Shown: one piece after another, positions 10,615-21,123 of the stretch
How the letters are laid out: the number at the start of each line of letters is the position of its first letter
How positions within the stretch are numbered: the first letter of the stretch is position 1
Source: an uncultured Pseudomonadota bacterium
GTDB taxonomy: Bacteria > Myxococcota_A > Polyangia > Fen-1088
Assembly (NCBI GenBank): GCA_963847705.1
Contig: CAWKBC010000032.1
Span: 384,001 to 448,000 of the forward strand
Reading direction: 5' to 3'
DNA length: 64,000 bases
Notes under the pieces: generated by a model
What the model saw: only the letters and a program-made list of their open reading frames with translations
Told to the model about the DNA's origin: nothing
Database searches by the model: none
Position numbers and translations under genes: made by a program

Positions 10615-10964
10615 TTGCACGGCTCTCCGCTGCCATCGAACGCGATCGCGAGCGGAAACTCCAGCGACGAAACCGACAATCGCCCTCGGAGATCACGAAG
10701 CGTCAGGTCGACCACAGTTCCTCGCGCGGCAGTCTCTGACATGTCCGCGAGCGCGGTTTGTCGTCGGTTGCACACCGACAGCGACGCCATTCGCGAGCTG
10801 TCGTCCACGGCGACTTGCGAAGCGATGTGCGGAGCCGCGTGCGCGTGGATCGACATCGGATCGAAACTCATCGACTCCGAAAATTGGAACTTAACTGAAC
10901 CGCCAGCGACGGTATTCACCGGTACAACCCACGCGCAACGAGTCTCCGACATGCACATGCGCGT

Positions 10965-10988
10965 CGGTGCAATGTCGACATTGCGCCG
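10965..10988. promoter_or_regulatory. Palindromic operator candidate GCAATGTCGACATTGC
   Basis: Perfect 16-bp palindrome (10969-10984), extendable to 24 bp with one mismatch, in the divergent intergenic region. Confidence 0.45.
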
Positions 10989-11043
10989 GCCTCAAGCGAC
11001 GCATTCACACGACCGAAGGGACGCTGCGAGAGCGAGGAGATCG

Positions 11044-12678
11044 ATGCGACGGAGAGAGGCAACAACGCGATCGGACTTGGCGGGCGGCGCGGTCGCGCTG
11101 GCGATCGTCGCCGTCGCGGGGTGCGACGCCAGCAGCTTCTTCTGCGGCAGCAACGCGACCTGCGGCTGGTCCGACACCGATCTCGCGCGCGTGGCCGCGC
11201 TGGCCAATTTGCCGTCGACGCCGCCGGCCGACAACAGCAACGCCTACGCGACGAACCCCGACGCCATCGCGCTCGGAAAGATGTTCTATTTCGACACCCG
11301 TTTCTCTGGCCCTTCGACCTGGCTCGACGGCCTCAATCGCACGATGCCGTTCGGACGCACCGCGATCGGTCAGAGCGCGGGCGTGGCCTGCGTCAGCTGC
11401 CACGATCACGCCCATGGCAGCGTCGATCCAGCCAGCACGCCGGGCGACGTGTCGGTGGGCGCCGGCTGGACCTACGCCAACTCGCTCCCGACGTTCGATT
11501 CCGCGTTCTACTCCTTGCATCTTTGGAACGGCCGCGTCGATTCGTTATGGGCCCAGGTCGTCGCCGACAACGAGAACCCTCTGACCACCAATGGCAACCG
11601 CCTGCACACGGCCTGGTTGATCAACGATCACTACGTCCCGGCCCCGACGCCCCCGGCCAATTACCAGCCTTACCCGAACGTTTTCGCCGATCCGCTCCCA
11701 CCGTTCGGGGGATCGTCGTCCAGTGTCCAGGCGATGGTCGACGCCACCGGGCAGTGCCCGCCGCCGGTGAACGGAGTGTGCCCCACCGCCAGCTGTCGGG
11801 GCGCCACCACCACGGCGACGGGCACGGTCGACAGCTGCTGGCCGGTGGTTCCGCTGCAAGGGAAGCCCGGAAAGACGGCTGGCTGTCAGCCGGGCCTGGC
11901 CAGCGAGCCGTTCGGCGACGCCTGGGATTGCATGGACCCGGACGTTCAAACGGCGGTCACGCGCATGCTGGTCAACTTCGGCAAGGCGATCGCCGCCTAC
12001 GAGGGGACGCTGATCCTCGGTCCGTCTCCGTTCGACGAGTGGGTGGCCGATCTGCAGGCAGGTTACGGCGATTCATCGACCAAGATTTCGGGCCCGGCGA
12101 AGATCGGCGCGCAGCTCTTCGTCGGCAAGGCCGGTTGCAGCGACTGCCACAACACCCCGCTCTTCTCCGACAGCCTGTTTCACAACGTGGGCGTCGGCCA
12201 GATCGGGGCCGGGGTCCCGACGGTCGAGGACTGTCCGTCGGGCGGCGTCTGCGACTGCACGATCGACGCCGATCACCCGACCGGAACGAAGAATTGCCTC
12301 CCCTTCGGGGCCACCGACGGCCTGCAAAAGCTGACGGCCAACGGGTTCCTCCGCAGCTCGGTCTGGAGCGACGACCTGAGCTACGTCCCACCCGCAGCGC
12401 CGCCGGCGAGACCGATCGGCGGCTACCGGACCCCCAGCCTGCGCAACGTCTCGCTGACGGCCCCCTACATGCACGACGGCTCGATCGCCACTCTGGCCGA
12501 CGTCGTGTGGCATTACAACCAGGGGATCAGCGACGAGAACACGCCCGGCGACCCGGCCGCTTCGTTCAAGCCGCTCTATCTCTCCAACGACGAGCAGGCC
12601 GCGTTGGTGGCGTTCCTCGAGTCGCTGGGATCGGCGCTCCCGACCGCCGACGTGCTCGCGCCGCCGACGCTTCCTTAG
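11044..12678 (+). CDS. Di-heme cytochrome c peroxidase/MauG-family lipoprotein
   Basis: GAGGAG RBS; lipobox VAGC; LGKMFYFDTRFS, CVSCH, WNGRVDSLWAQ, CSDCH, TPSLRNVSLTAPYMHDGS. Confidence 0.9.
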   Translation: MRRREATTRSDLAGGAVALAIVAVAGCDASSFFCGSNATCGWSDTDLARVAALANLPSTPPADNSNAYATNPDAIALGKMFYFDTRFSGPSTWLDGLNRTMPFGRTAIGQSAGVACVSCHDHAHGSVDPASTPGDVSVGAGWTYANSLPTFDSAFYSLHLWNGRVDSLWAQVVADNENPLTTNGNRLHTAWLINDHYVPAPTPPANYQPYPNVFADPLPPFGGSSSSVQAMVDATGQCPPPVNGVCPTASCRGATTTATGTVDSCWPVVPLQGKPGKTAGCQPGLASEPFGDAWDCMDPDVQTAVTRMLVNFGKAIAAYEGTLILGPSPFDEWVADLQAGYGDSSTKISGPAKIGAQLFVGKAGCSDCHNTPLFSDSLFHNVGVGQIGAGVPTVEDCPSGGVCDCTIDADHPTGTKNCLPFGATDGLQKLTANGFLRSSVWSDDLSYVPPAAPPARPIGGYRTPSLRNVSLTAPYMHDGSIATLADVVWHYNQGISDENTPGDPAASFKPLYLSNDEQAALVAFLESLGSALPTADVLAPPTLP

Positions 12679-12732
12679 GGCCGGCGTCGGCCAGGAAACA
12701 GCGAAGGAATCGCACACGCCGATCGGGAATCG

Positions 12733-13104
12733 GTGGCACACTGGGGCGTGGCCTCGAAGCAGCGTAGCCCACGGCCGGTTGAGAAGACGCTCGGAGACGT
12801 GGCGATCGTCTGCGGCAAGGACGAGCAGGGGCTCCACATCCTGCGGCGACGTTCCGAGGACGCTCCGATCGAGGCCGCCGTGGTCCAACCCCTCGCCGAG
12901 GGACGCCCGATCACCGGAGAGGTGATCTCGATGCGGCCACGCAAGGACTTCCCGTTTCTCTTCGATGCCAAGACCGAGCTCGAGGCCCCGGTTGGCGCGA
13001 CCGCGCGGGCGAGCCACGGGCCCGCCCAGGTGGCCAGCAACTCGTACCGCGCGGGGTGGGACGCGATCTGGGGACCGCGCCACCGGCGCGAACGCCTCAA
13101 CTGA
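12733..13104 (+). CDS. Hypothetical protein (myxobacterial type)
   Basis: Coding-like codon usage; C-terminal GPAQVASNSYRAGWDAIWG. Confidence 0.7.
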   Translation: MAHWGVASKQRSPRPVEKTLGDVAIVCGKDEQGLHILRRRSEDAPIEAAVVQPLAEGRPITGEVISMRPRKDFPFLFDAKTELEAPVGATARASHGPAQVASNSYRAGWDAIWGPRHRRERLN

Positions 13105-13155
13105 CGTCCTGACGTTCCGACGCTCGGCGCCTCGCGCGAGACCGAACCGGCCGGG

Positions 13156-13533
13156 CTAAGACGTGGGCGGCTGCACGGCGATCGAGAAGCGGATGCCGTG
13201 ACTCTGGGTCGCGTGGGTCATCGCCTCGACGAATCGCACCGCCTCTCCGTGCGGTGCCTCGGCGCAGTCGAGGCGAATCTGCACCGCCTTGCCCCTGTAT
13301 TGCGGGTACTGCTCGGCGAGAAAGCCGTCCAGCACGTAGCCCATGTACCGGTTGAGCTTCTCTTCGATCTGCTTGAACTGTTCGCGGGCGGCGTTCCAGG
13401 GGCGACGCTCCACCATGACCAGCACGACGGTGTCGGTGGTCTTGTCGAGGGTGATGAGATCGACGACCGCGGGGTTCTGCACCCCGGTCTCCCCGAACTC
13501 CGCGATCATCTGTTCCCGCGTCAGCTTGTCCAA
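13156..13533 (-). CDS. DUF6572-like protein
   Basis: VQNPAVVDLI...QIEEKLNRYMGYVLDG...YP pattern; start uncertain (TTG 13533 or the downstream ATG of MIAEFG); the longer track ORF runs into the IS. Confidence 0.7.
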   Translation of the reverse strand: MDKLTREQMIAEFGETGVQNPAVVDLITLDKTTDTVVLVMVERRPWNAAREQFKQIEEKLNRYMGYVLDGFLAEQYPQYRGKAVQIRLDCAEAPHGEAVRFVEAMTHATQSHGIRFSIAVQPPTS

Positions 13534-13587
13534 GTCGGCCTCGCCGCCCGATCTAACACGCGATCGGGGGTTCAGGACCTGGTCATC

Positions 13588-14597
13588 TAGACCGCTTTTG
13601 AATTGACCCGATCGATCAGGCGTGATCAAACGTCGGGATGGCGGAAACATCGATCGATCTTCGGAGGCGCCTGGTAGCGGCGTATCGCTCGAAGAAGAGC
13701 GGTTCCTACGCGGCGACGGCGGCACTGTTCGGAGTGGGCGAGGCGACGGTGAGTCGTCTTTTGCGACGACAGAGAGAGACAGGCGACGTTCAGCACAAGC
13801 CGAGAGGCGGAAACCGGAAGCGAGAGATCGACCTGGACTGGCTGCGGGAACACCTGGCAGCAAATCCGGATGGGCGACTGATTGACCGCATCGCGGCGTG
13901 GCAGGAGCACGCAGGGAAGCGGGTGAGTCTAGGAACGATGTGGCTGGCGGTCCGCGCCTGCGGGTGGACTCATAAAAAAAAGCAGTGGTCGCCCGCGAAC
14001 AAGAACGCTGGGACGTCCAAGCGAAGCGGGCGACCTTCGTCGCTCAGCAGCACCAGCTCGACCCCACGAAGCTGATCTTTCTCGACGAGTCCGGCTTCCG
14101 ATTGGGGACGCCCCCGAACTACGGCTGGGCGCCGATCGGTGAGAAAGCGCCGGGAAAAGCGACACACGGGGACTGGTGCACGATGACGATGATCGGAGCT
14201 CTTGCTCTCGATGGCTGGCGCGGCTTCGTGACGATTGACGCACCCACCGACGGCGACGTCTTTCTGGCCTACGTCCAGCAGCAGCTCGTCCCGAACCTGC
14301 GGCCCGGCGACATCGTCGTGATGGACAACCTGGGCGTCCACAAGGCCCCAGCGGCCCTCGCGGCGATACGCGCCGCTGGCGCGGAGGCCCTCTTCCTTCC
14401 GCCGTACTCCCCCGAGTACAACCCCATCGAGAAGGCGTGGGCCAAGCTCAAGGACCTCCTCCGACGCTTGCCCACGCTCTCCCGAGAGGCCTTCGACGAC
14501 GCCGTCGCCTTCGCCATGACCACCATCTCCAACGCCGACGTCAGAGCCTGGCTCACCTTCGCAGGCTATTCCCTCGGGTCAATTTGAAAGCGGTCTA
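13588..14597 (+). mobile_element. IS630-family insertion sequence, complete
   Basis: 24-bp terminal IRs TAGACCGCTTTTGAATTGACCCGA / TCGGGTCAATTTGAAAGCGGTCTA (2 mismatches); CTAG at both ends, consistent with TA duplication. Confidence 0.95.
13638..14587 (+). CDS. IS630 transposase (OrfA HTH 13638-14075 plus OrfB DDE 13985-14587, -1 frameshift)
   Basis: IFLDESG, VVMDN, LPPYSPEYNPIE; A8G slippery run at 13974-13982. Confidence 0.93.
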
Positions 14598-15566
14598 GGG
14601 AAACATGGCACCGTCGGGGCCTCCGGGCGGACCACCGTCGGGCCGACCACCGGGACCGCCGTCGGGGCCTCCGGGCGGGCCACCGTCGGGCCGACCACCG
14701 GGACCGCCGTCGGGGCCTCCGGGCGGGGGTCCCCCGTCGGTGGAGGTGCCGGTGGCCGAGCTGGTGATCGGCAGGACGACGGTGACCGCCGCGGTGTAGC
14801 CCGTCGTGTTGTCGCCGGACAACGCCAGAACGTTGGCGCCCTTGGTTTGCTCGGCGTAAACGCGATCGCCCGCGTTGGTCGTCGGATTGGTCCCCTCGGC
14901 GCTGTACGGGGCGACGCCGGTCGCCAGCGCGTCGATGAAGGTCTGGGCGAAAAACAGCTGCGTGGTGTTCGTGCCGTCGCTCGTCGAGGAGGCCTGGCTG
15001 TACGACGATCGCACGCGCAGGTGGATGTGCGTGGTGCGGCCGGAGTACCAACCGGGGATGATCGTCGCGAACGAGACCCGGCCGTTGGCGTCGGTCACCT
15101 GATATCCGCGCAGCCACGTCTCGGTCGACGTGCTCTCGACGGCCTGGTCGGAGTAGACGCCAGCCGCGTTGCAGTGCCAGATGTCGACCTGCGCGTTGGC
15201 GTACGGCACGCATCCGTTCTTGCCGTCGACGACGATGATCGTCAGCGCCAGCGCGATTCCGGTCTGCGTCGCGCTGCCGTCCAGGTTCGACAGGATGTTG
15301 CTGCGGTTGAACCGGGGATCGCTGTCGTCGGCGAAGTACGGGCCGATCTCCCCCTCGGGCGTGACGTTGCAGGCGCCCGCGTCGGTGCCGGAACCGGCAT
15401 GGGCGCCGGCGTCGCCACCCGCGCCGGCACTGGCGTCGGCGCCACCGTCGCGCCCGCCCGACGAGTCGCCGCAGCCAAAAGCCAGAATCGACCCGGTGCC
15501 GACCAACAGCCCGATCACCCTGCGTCGCGCCCGGTCCTCGACCTCTTCCTGCTTCGTCTTCTCCAT
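14595..15566 (-). CDS. Secreted intradiol ring-cleavage dioxygenase-like lipoprotein with PDGGPPGG tail
   Basis: RRR..GLL signal plus LAFGC lipobox; EIGPY, VDIWHCNAAGVYS, LRGYQVTD, PGWYSGRTTHIH. Confidence 0.88.
   Translation of the reverse strand: MEKTKQEEVEDRARRRVIGLLVGTGSILAFGCGDSSGGRDGGADASAGAGGDAGAHAGSGTDAGACNVTPEGEIGPYFADDSDPRFNRSNILSNLDGSATQTGIALALTIIVVDGKNGCVPYANAQVDIWHCNAAGVYSDQAVESTSTETWLRGYQVTDANGRVSFATIIPGWYSGRTTHIHLRVRSSYSQASSTSDGTNTTQLFFAQTFIDALATGVAPYSAEGTNPTTNAGDRVYAEQTKGANVLALSGDNTTGYTAAVTVVLPITSSATGTSTDGGPPPGGPDGGPGGRPDGGPPGGPDGGPGGRPDGGPPGGPDGAMFP
14611..14730. repeat. 48-bp coding tandem repeat (~2.5 copies)
   Basis: Units start at 14611, 14659 and 14707; encodes GGPPGGPDGGPGGRPD. 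Confidence 0.85.
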
Positions 15567-15595
15567 GTCGTCAGCTCCTCTCGACGACAGCTGGT

Positions 15596-15612
15596 CTTCA
15601 CACTTCGTGCCG
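15596..15612 (-). promoter_or_regulatory. Possible variant sigma54 promoter for the dioxygenase gene
   Basis: CGGCACGAAGTGTGAA (GG-N10-GA instead of GC) ~30 bp upstream of the start. Confidence 0.35.
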
Positions 15613-15739
15613 CGCGCGACAGACCGGCGATCGGCCCACACGCGGTGTCGCGCGCCGACGGGCGCTGCTGGATCCGCACCGCGCGTGCGGATTCCGCACG
15701 ACCACCAGGCTGAGGCGCCGTGGAGAGACCGGCACGGCC

Positions 15740-15755
15740 CGGCACGCCGGTTGCT
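15740..15755 (+). promoter_or_regulatory. Sigma54 (-24/-12) promoter for the HK-RR operon
   Basis: CGGCACGCCGGTTGCT, GG-N10-GC, near consensus. Confidence 0.75.
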
Positions 15756-15788
15756 CGCCACCATGCGAGACTCGTGGAGCATCCCCAG

Positions 15789-17155
<1,367 letters not shown>

Positions 17156-17159
<4 letters not shown>

Positions 17160-18514
17160 GCAAACCAGATCCTCAGAGCCCTCTGCCCGGCGCACGCATT
17201 CTGGTCGTCGACGACGAAGAGGGGGTTCGAACCTTCCTGGCTGACGCGCTGTCGGCCGTGGGCCACGACGTCACGCAAGCGGGCGACGGCCAGACCGCGC
17301 TGGCCGCGCTGGCCCAGCGTGCCTTCCATCTGGCGATCACCGATCTGCGCATGCCGATCGTCGACGGGATGGAGCTGCTCCGCGCCATCCGGCGCGATCA
17401 CCCGGAGACGGAGGTGATCGTGCTGACCGCGCACGGATCGATCGAGAGCGCGGTGGAGGCCATGAAAGAAGGCGCGTTCGACTATCTTCAGAAGCCGGTG
17501 GGCAGCCCGGCCGAGCTGCGCCTGACGGTGGCCCGCGCGCTGGAGCGCCGGCGGCTGCGCGCGCGGGTGGAGATCTCCGACGTGGGGTCCGAACCACCGC
17601 TCGGGTACGGCGCGCCGGCCATGCGGCCGATCGAGCAGGCCCTGCGGAAGGTGGCCCCCACCAACGCCACCGTGTTGCTCCTCGGTGAGAGCGGCTCCGG
17701 CAAGGAGATCGCTGCCCGGGCGGTCCACCGCTGGAGCGCCCGCGCCGCCGGCCCCTTCGTGGCGGTGAACTGCGCCGCGCTCTCGGCCGAGCTCCTGGAG
17801 AGCGAGCTCTTCGGCCACGAGCGGGGGGCCTTCACCGGCGCGCACGCGCGGCAGCGCGGCCGCATCGAGCTGGCCGAGGGGGGGACGTTCCTTCTCGACG
17901 AGATCGGCGAGCTTGCCGCTGGCCTGCAGGCCAAGCTGCTGCGCGTGCTGCAAGAGCGCCGCTTCGAGCGCGTGGGAGGTCATCAGACGGTCGAGGCCGA
18001 CGTTCGTTGGATCGCCGCCACCAACCGCGATCTGACCGGAATGATCGCGCGCGGAGGCTTTCGCGAGGATCTCTATCACCGGCTCTCGGTGTTCCCGGTG
18101 CAGCTGCCGCCGCTGCGCGAGCGGCGTGAGGACATCGGCCCGCTGGCGGATCGCCTGCTGGCCCAGATCGCGGCCACGCTGGGGAGACCGGACTTGCGAC
18201 TCACCGACGACGGACGAGGCGCCCTCGCCGCGGCGGCCTGGCCCGGCAACGTGCGCGAGCTGGCCAACGTCCTCGAGCGCAGCGCCATCCTGGCGGACAG
18301 GGCCGACATCGGCGCGGACGATCTGGCCCTCCTGCCCGACACCGACGGCACCGGCGGGGGCGCAGCGGCTCCGACCACCATGTCGGAGCTGGAGCGCGAG
18401 GCCATCGAGCGGGCCCTGACGGCGACGGGCGGCAACCGCCGCCTCGCCGCCGCCAGGTTGGGGATCGGCCTCCGCACGCTCTACGAAAAGCTGAAGCGCT
18501 ACGGGTTGGCCTGA
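17156..18514 (+). CDS. Sigma54-dependent (NtrC-family) response regulator
   Basis: REC domain, [29 protein letters not shown], Fis-type HTH. Confidence 0.96.
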
Positions 18515-18777
18515 TCGGGCGGCGGGCCCGGCGGGTGGTCCGGCCGGCAGGCCAGCCGCTTGTCGGGCGCCTCCGCGCAGAGGCCGGAGATTGTCCGGTC
18601 GTGGAGCGTGACCTGACAGGTGTCGCCGGACTTCTTTTGGCTGCAGGCCTCGTAGGCCTCGGGGGGCGGACCGTGGTGGGGCTCGGGGCAGTCCGCGGCG
18701 CGCGCGGTGACGCCCCCGCTGCCGGGCGAGATGGCGATGAACGACGACAGACAGAACGCGAGGTGGGTGAACTTCAT
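18499..18777 (-). CDS. Small secreted Cys/Pro-rich protein ([10 protein letters not shown]...)
   Basis: AAGGAAA RBS, signal peptide, five Cys in the mature part, sigma54 promoter upstream. Confidence 0.8.
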   Translation of the reverse strand: MKFTHLAFCLSSFIAISPGSGGVTARAADCPEPHHGPPPEAYEACSQKKSGDTCQVTLHDRTISGLCAEAPDKRLACRPDHPPGPPPDQANP

Positions 18778-18826
18778 GAATCGTTTCCTTTCAGCGCCCG
18801 ACGAACCGGACGCGGAGCGATCCCTC

Positions 18827-18842
18827 TGCAGCGGTCGCGCCA
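18827..18842 (-). promoter_or_regulatory. Sigma54 promoter for the small secreted protein
   Basis: TGGCGCGACCGCTGCA, GG-N10-GC, 50 bp upstream of ATG. Confidence 0.65.
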
Positions 18843-19032
18843 GTTCGCGCAGATCGTGAAACGCGCGCGTTCTCGCGGGCGAGCGCCGCCGACGAGACGC
18901 CGGGAGACGTCACCGACTGCAGGAATGGCAGCCACCTGCTGCGGCAACCGCAGCTCGGCGCCACACCACCGTGCCGCATGCCATCCGCCACCCCCATGAA
19001 AGTCTCGGAAGTTCACCTAAATCCAATGGGGG

Positions 19033-19066
19033 TTGACATCCTATCGCGTATGAATACGATATATCG
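19033..19066 (+). promoter_or_regulatory. Sigma70 promoter with overlapping palindrome (PadR operator candidate)
   Basis: TTGACA-N16-TACGAT; CGATATATCG palindrome at 19057-19066. Confidence 0.65.
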
Positions 19067-19073
19067 CAATAGC

Positions 19074-19631
19074 ATGCGATCTCGCACTCCACCGGAACTC
19101 TCCTCACCCCTTCCCGATCAACGCCGCCGCGTACGCGGCGCTCGACACGGCCATGTCCACGACCACGGCGAGCACCACGGCCGCGAACGCGGCCGCCTCC
19201 GCCACGGCGACGTGCGGATCGCCCTCTTGATGGCCCTCGCCGAGGGGCCCGCCCACGGCTACGAGCTGGGGCAGCGGCTGGAGAAGGCCAGCCAGGGGGC
19301 CTGGCGCCCCAGCCCAGGGTCGATCTACCCGACGCTGCAGCTGCTGGCCGACGAGGAGATGGTCTCGTCGGAGGAGCGCGACGGGAAGCGAATCTACACG
19401 CTCACCCGGCGCGGGCAGGCCGAACAGAAGGAGCGGGCCGGCCGCGGCGAGGGCTCGCCCTGGCAGGGCGCCTACGACGAGCGCGCCGGCGACCTGCGCG
19501 AGGCGGTGGTGGCGCTCAAGATGGCGGCCAAGCAGGTGGCGGCGGTCGGGACCACCGATCAGCAGAGCCGCGCCACCGCGGTCGTCGTCGAGGCGCGCCG
19601 CAAGCTCTATGACCTGCTGGCCACGACATGA
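19074..19631 (+). CDS. PadR-family transcriptional regulator with His-rich N-terminus
   Basis: GDVRIALL..LAEGPAHGYEL, WRPSPGSIYPTL; HGHVHDHGEHHG. Confidence 0.93.
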   Translation: MRSRTPPELSSPLPDQRRRVRGARHGHVHDHGEHHGRERGRLRHGDVRIALLMALAEGPAHGYELGQRLEKASQGAWRPSPGSIYPTLQLLADEEMVSSEERDGKRIYTLTRRGQAEQKERAGRGEGSPWQGAYDERAGDLREAVVALKMAAKQVAAVGTTDQQSRATAVVVEARRKLYDLLATT

Positions 19632-20890
19632 GCGCCAGCGCTGTCAGCCCCACCCCCGTCGCCAAGCCACCGGCCTTCGCGGCCCTGCGCCTGCCCGGCT
19701 ACCGGGCCCACTTCATCACCTATGTGCTGGCGATGATGGCCGACAACATCGAGCACGTCATCAGCTACTGGGTGGCGTTCCAGAAGTTCCACTCCCCGGC
19801 CCTGGGCGGCTTCGCCGTGCTCTCCCACTGGATCCCCTACCTGGCCTTCTCCGTCGGCGTCGGCGCCCTCAACGACCGCTTCGACAGCCGCCGGATCATC
19901 CAGACCGGGATGGTCCTCTTCATCACCGTCTCGCTCGGGTGGGGCTACTTCTTCGTGACCGACACGCTCCGCGTGGGCGACGCGATGGTGCTGCTGGTCC
20001 TGCACGGCTGCGCGGGCGTCTTGTGGCAGACCTCCAGCCAGATGCTCCTCCACGACATCGTCGGCCCCGAGCTCTTGCCGAGCGCCGTGCGCCTCAACGC
20101 CACCGGGCGCTACCTGGGCGTGCTGGTCGGCCCGGCGGTGGGCGGCCTCATCATGTTGAAGCTGGGGCCAACGCGCGGGATCTTCCTCAACACCGCCTTC
20201 TACCTGCCGCTCATCATCTGGTTGTGGCGCGCGCCCTACGGCCGCCACTTTCGGGGCGACAAGGCGCCGCCCAGGCGGGCGGTGCGCGGTCTCCAGGACA
20301 TCCTGGCGACCCTTCGCGAGGTGCGCGGGCTGCCGGTGATCGCCGGGATGTTGACCCTGGCCGGCGGCGCGTCGTTCTTCATCGGCAACAGCTACCAGGC
20401 GCAGATGCCCGGGTTCGCGCACGATCTCGGGCATGGCGATCCGGGGACCGCCTACAGCGCCCTCCTGGCGGCCGACGCGGCCGGGGCGCTCCTGGCGGGA
20501 TTTCTCCTGGAGAGCGGCGGCGGCCTCCTGCCGACCAGCCTGGCGTCGGCGTTCCGGTTGGCGACCTTCTGGGCCGCGGCCCTGATCGGCTTCGCGATGA
20601 CGCGAACGTACCCGCTGGCCCTGGCGCTGCTCTTCACCGCCGGGTTCTTCGAGCTGTCGTTCAGCAGCATGGCGATGACGCTGGTGCAGGTGAACGCGCC
20701 CAACGCCACCCGCGGCCGGGTCCTCGGCCTCTTCAACATGGCGGCCCTCGGCCTGCGGGCCTTCAGCGGCATCACCGTGGGGCTGGTCGGCAGCCTGACC
20801 GGGATCCACTGGTCCCTGGCGGCCGCCGCGCTGGGGTTCGCGACGTTCCTCTTCGTGCGACGGCCGCGTCAGCTTTCCCCCGCCGGGTAG
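19628..20890 (+). CDS. MFS transporter
   Basis: About 12 TMs; GALNDRFDSRR motif A; ATGA overlap with padR. Confidence 0.92.
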   Translation: MSASAVSPTPVAKPPAFAALRLPGYRAHFITYVLAMMADNIEHVISYWVAFQKFHSPALGGFAVLSHWIPYLAFSVGVGALNDRFDSRRIIQTGMVLFITVSLGWGYFFVTDTLRVGDAMVLLVLHGCAGVLWQTSSQMLLHDIVGPELLPSAVRLNATGRYLGVLVGPAVGGLIMLKLGPTRGIFLNTAFYLPLIIWLWRAPYGRHFRGDKAPPRRAVRGLQDILATLREVRGLPVIAGMLTLAGGASFFIGNSYQAQMPGFAHDLGHGDPGTAYSALLAADAAGALLAGFLLESGGGLLPTSLASAFRLATFWAAALIGFAMTRTYPLALALLFTAGFFELSFSSMAMTLVQVNAPNATRGRVLGLFNMAALGLRAFSGITVGLVGSLTGIHWSLAAAALGFATFLFVRRPRQLSPAG

Positions 20891-20925
20891 CCAGCCACCG
20901 CCCGTTCACTCGGGCGCCGACCTGG

Positions 20926-21123
20926 TCATCCGACGCGGCCGACGTCGTCCCCGCGGAATGCCTGGGCGTTGTCGCGCGTCCAGGCGTCGAAGCTGCTCGG
21001 CTTGCCGCCGGTGACGCGCGCGACGACGTCGGTGACCAGGTCGACGCATCCTTCCCGGACCTCTCTCCACAAGGTCACGAGCGCAGCGGCCACCTCGCCG
21101 GGCATCCCCGTGCGAAGCAGGTC
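20926..21123 (-). pseudogene. C-terminal remnant of an NmrA/SDR_a5-like NAD(P)H-binding protein
   Basis: Manual translation DLLRTGMPGEVAAALVTLWREVREGCVDLVTDVVARVTGGKPSSFDAWTRDNAQAFR; no N-terminal Rossmann fold. Confidence 0.6.

Noticed and set aside
10611-10958. 115-aa minus-strand ORF
   Set aside because: No recognisable motif and atypical composition; treated as intergenic
9259-11043. N-terminal 595 aa of the 1139-aa track ORF
   Set aside because: Antisense to the YeiH gene; the real CCP start with RBS and lipobox is at 11044
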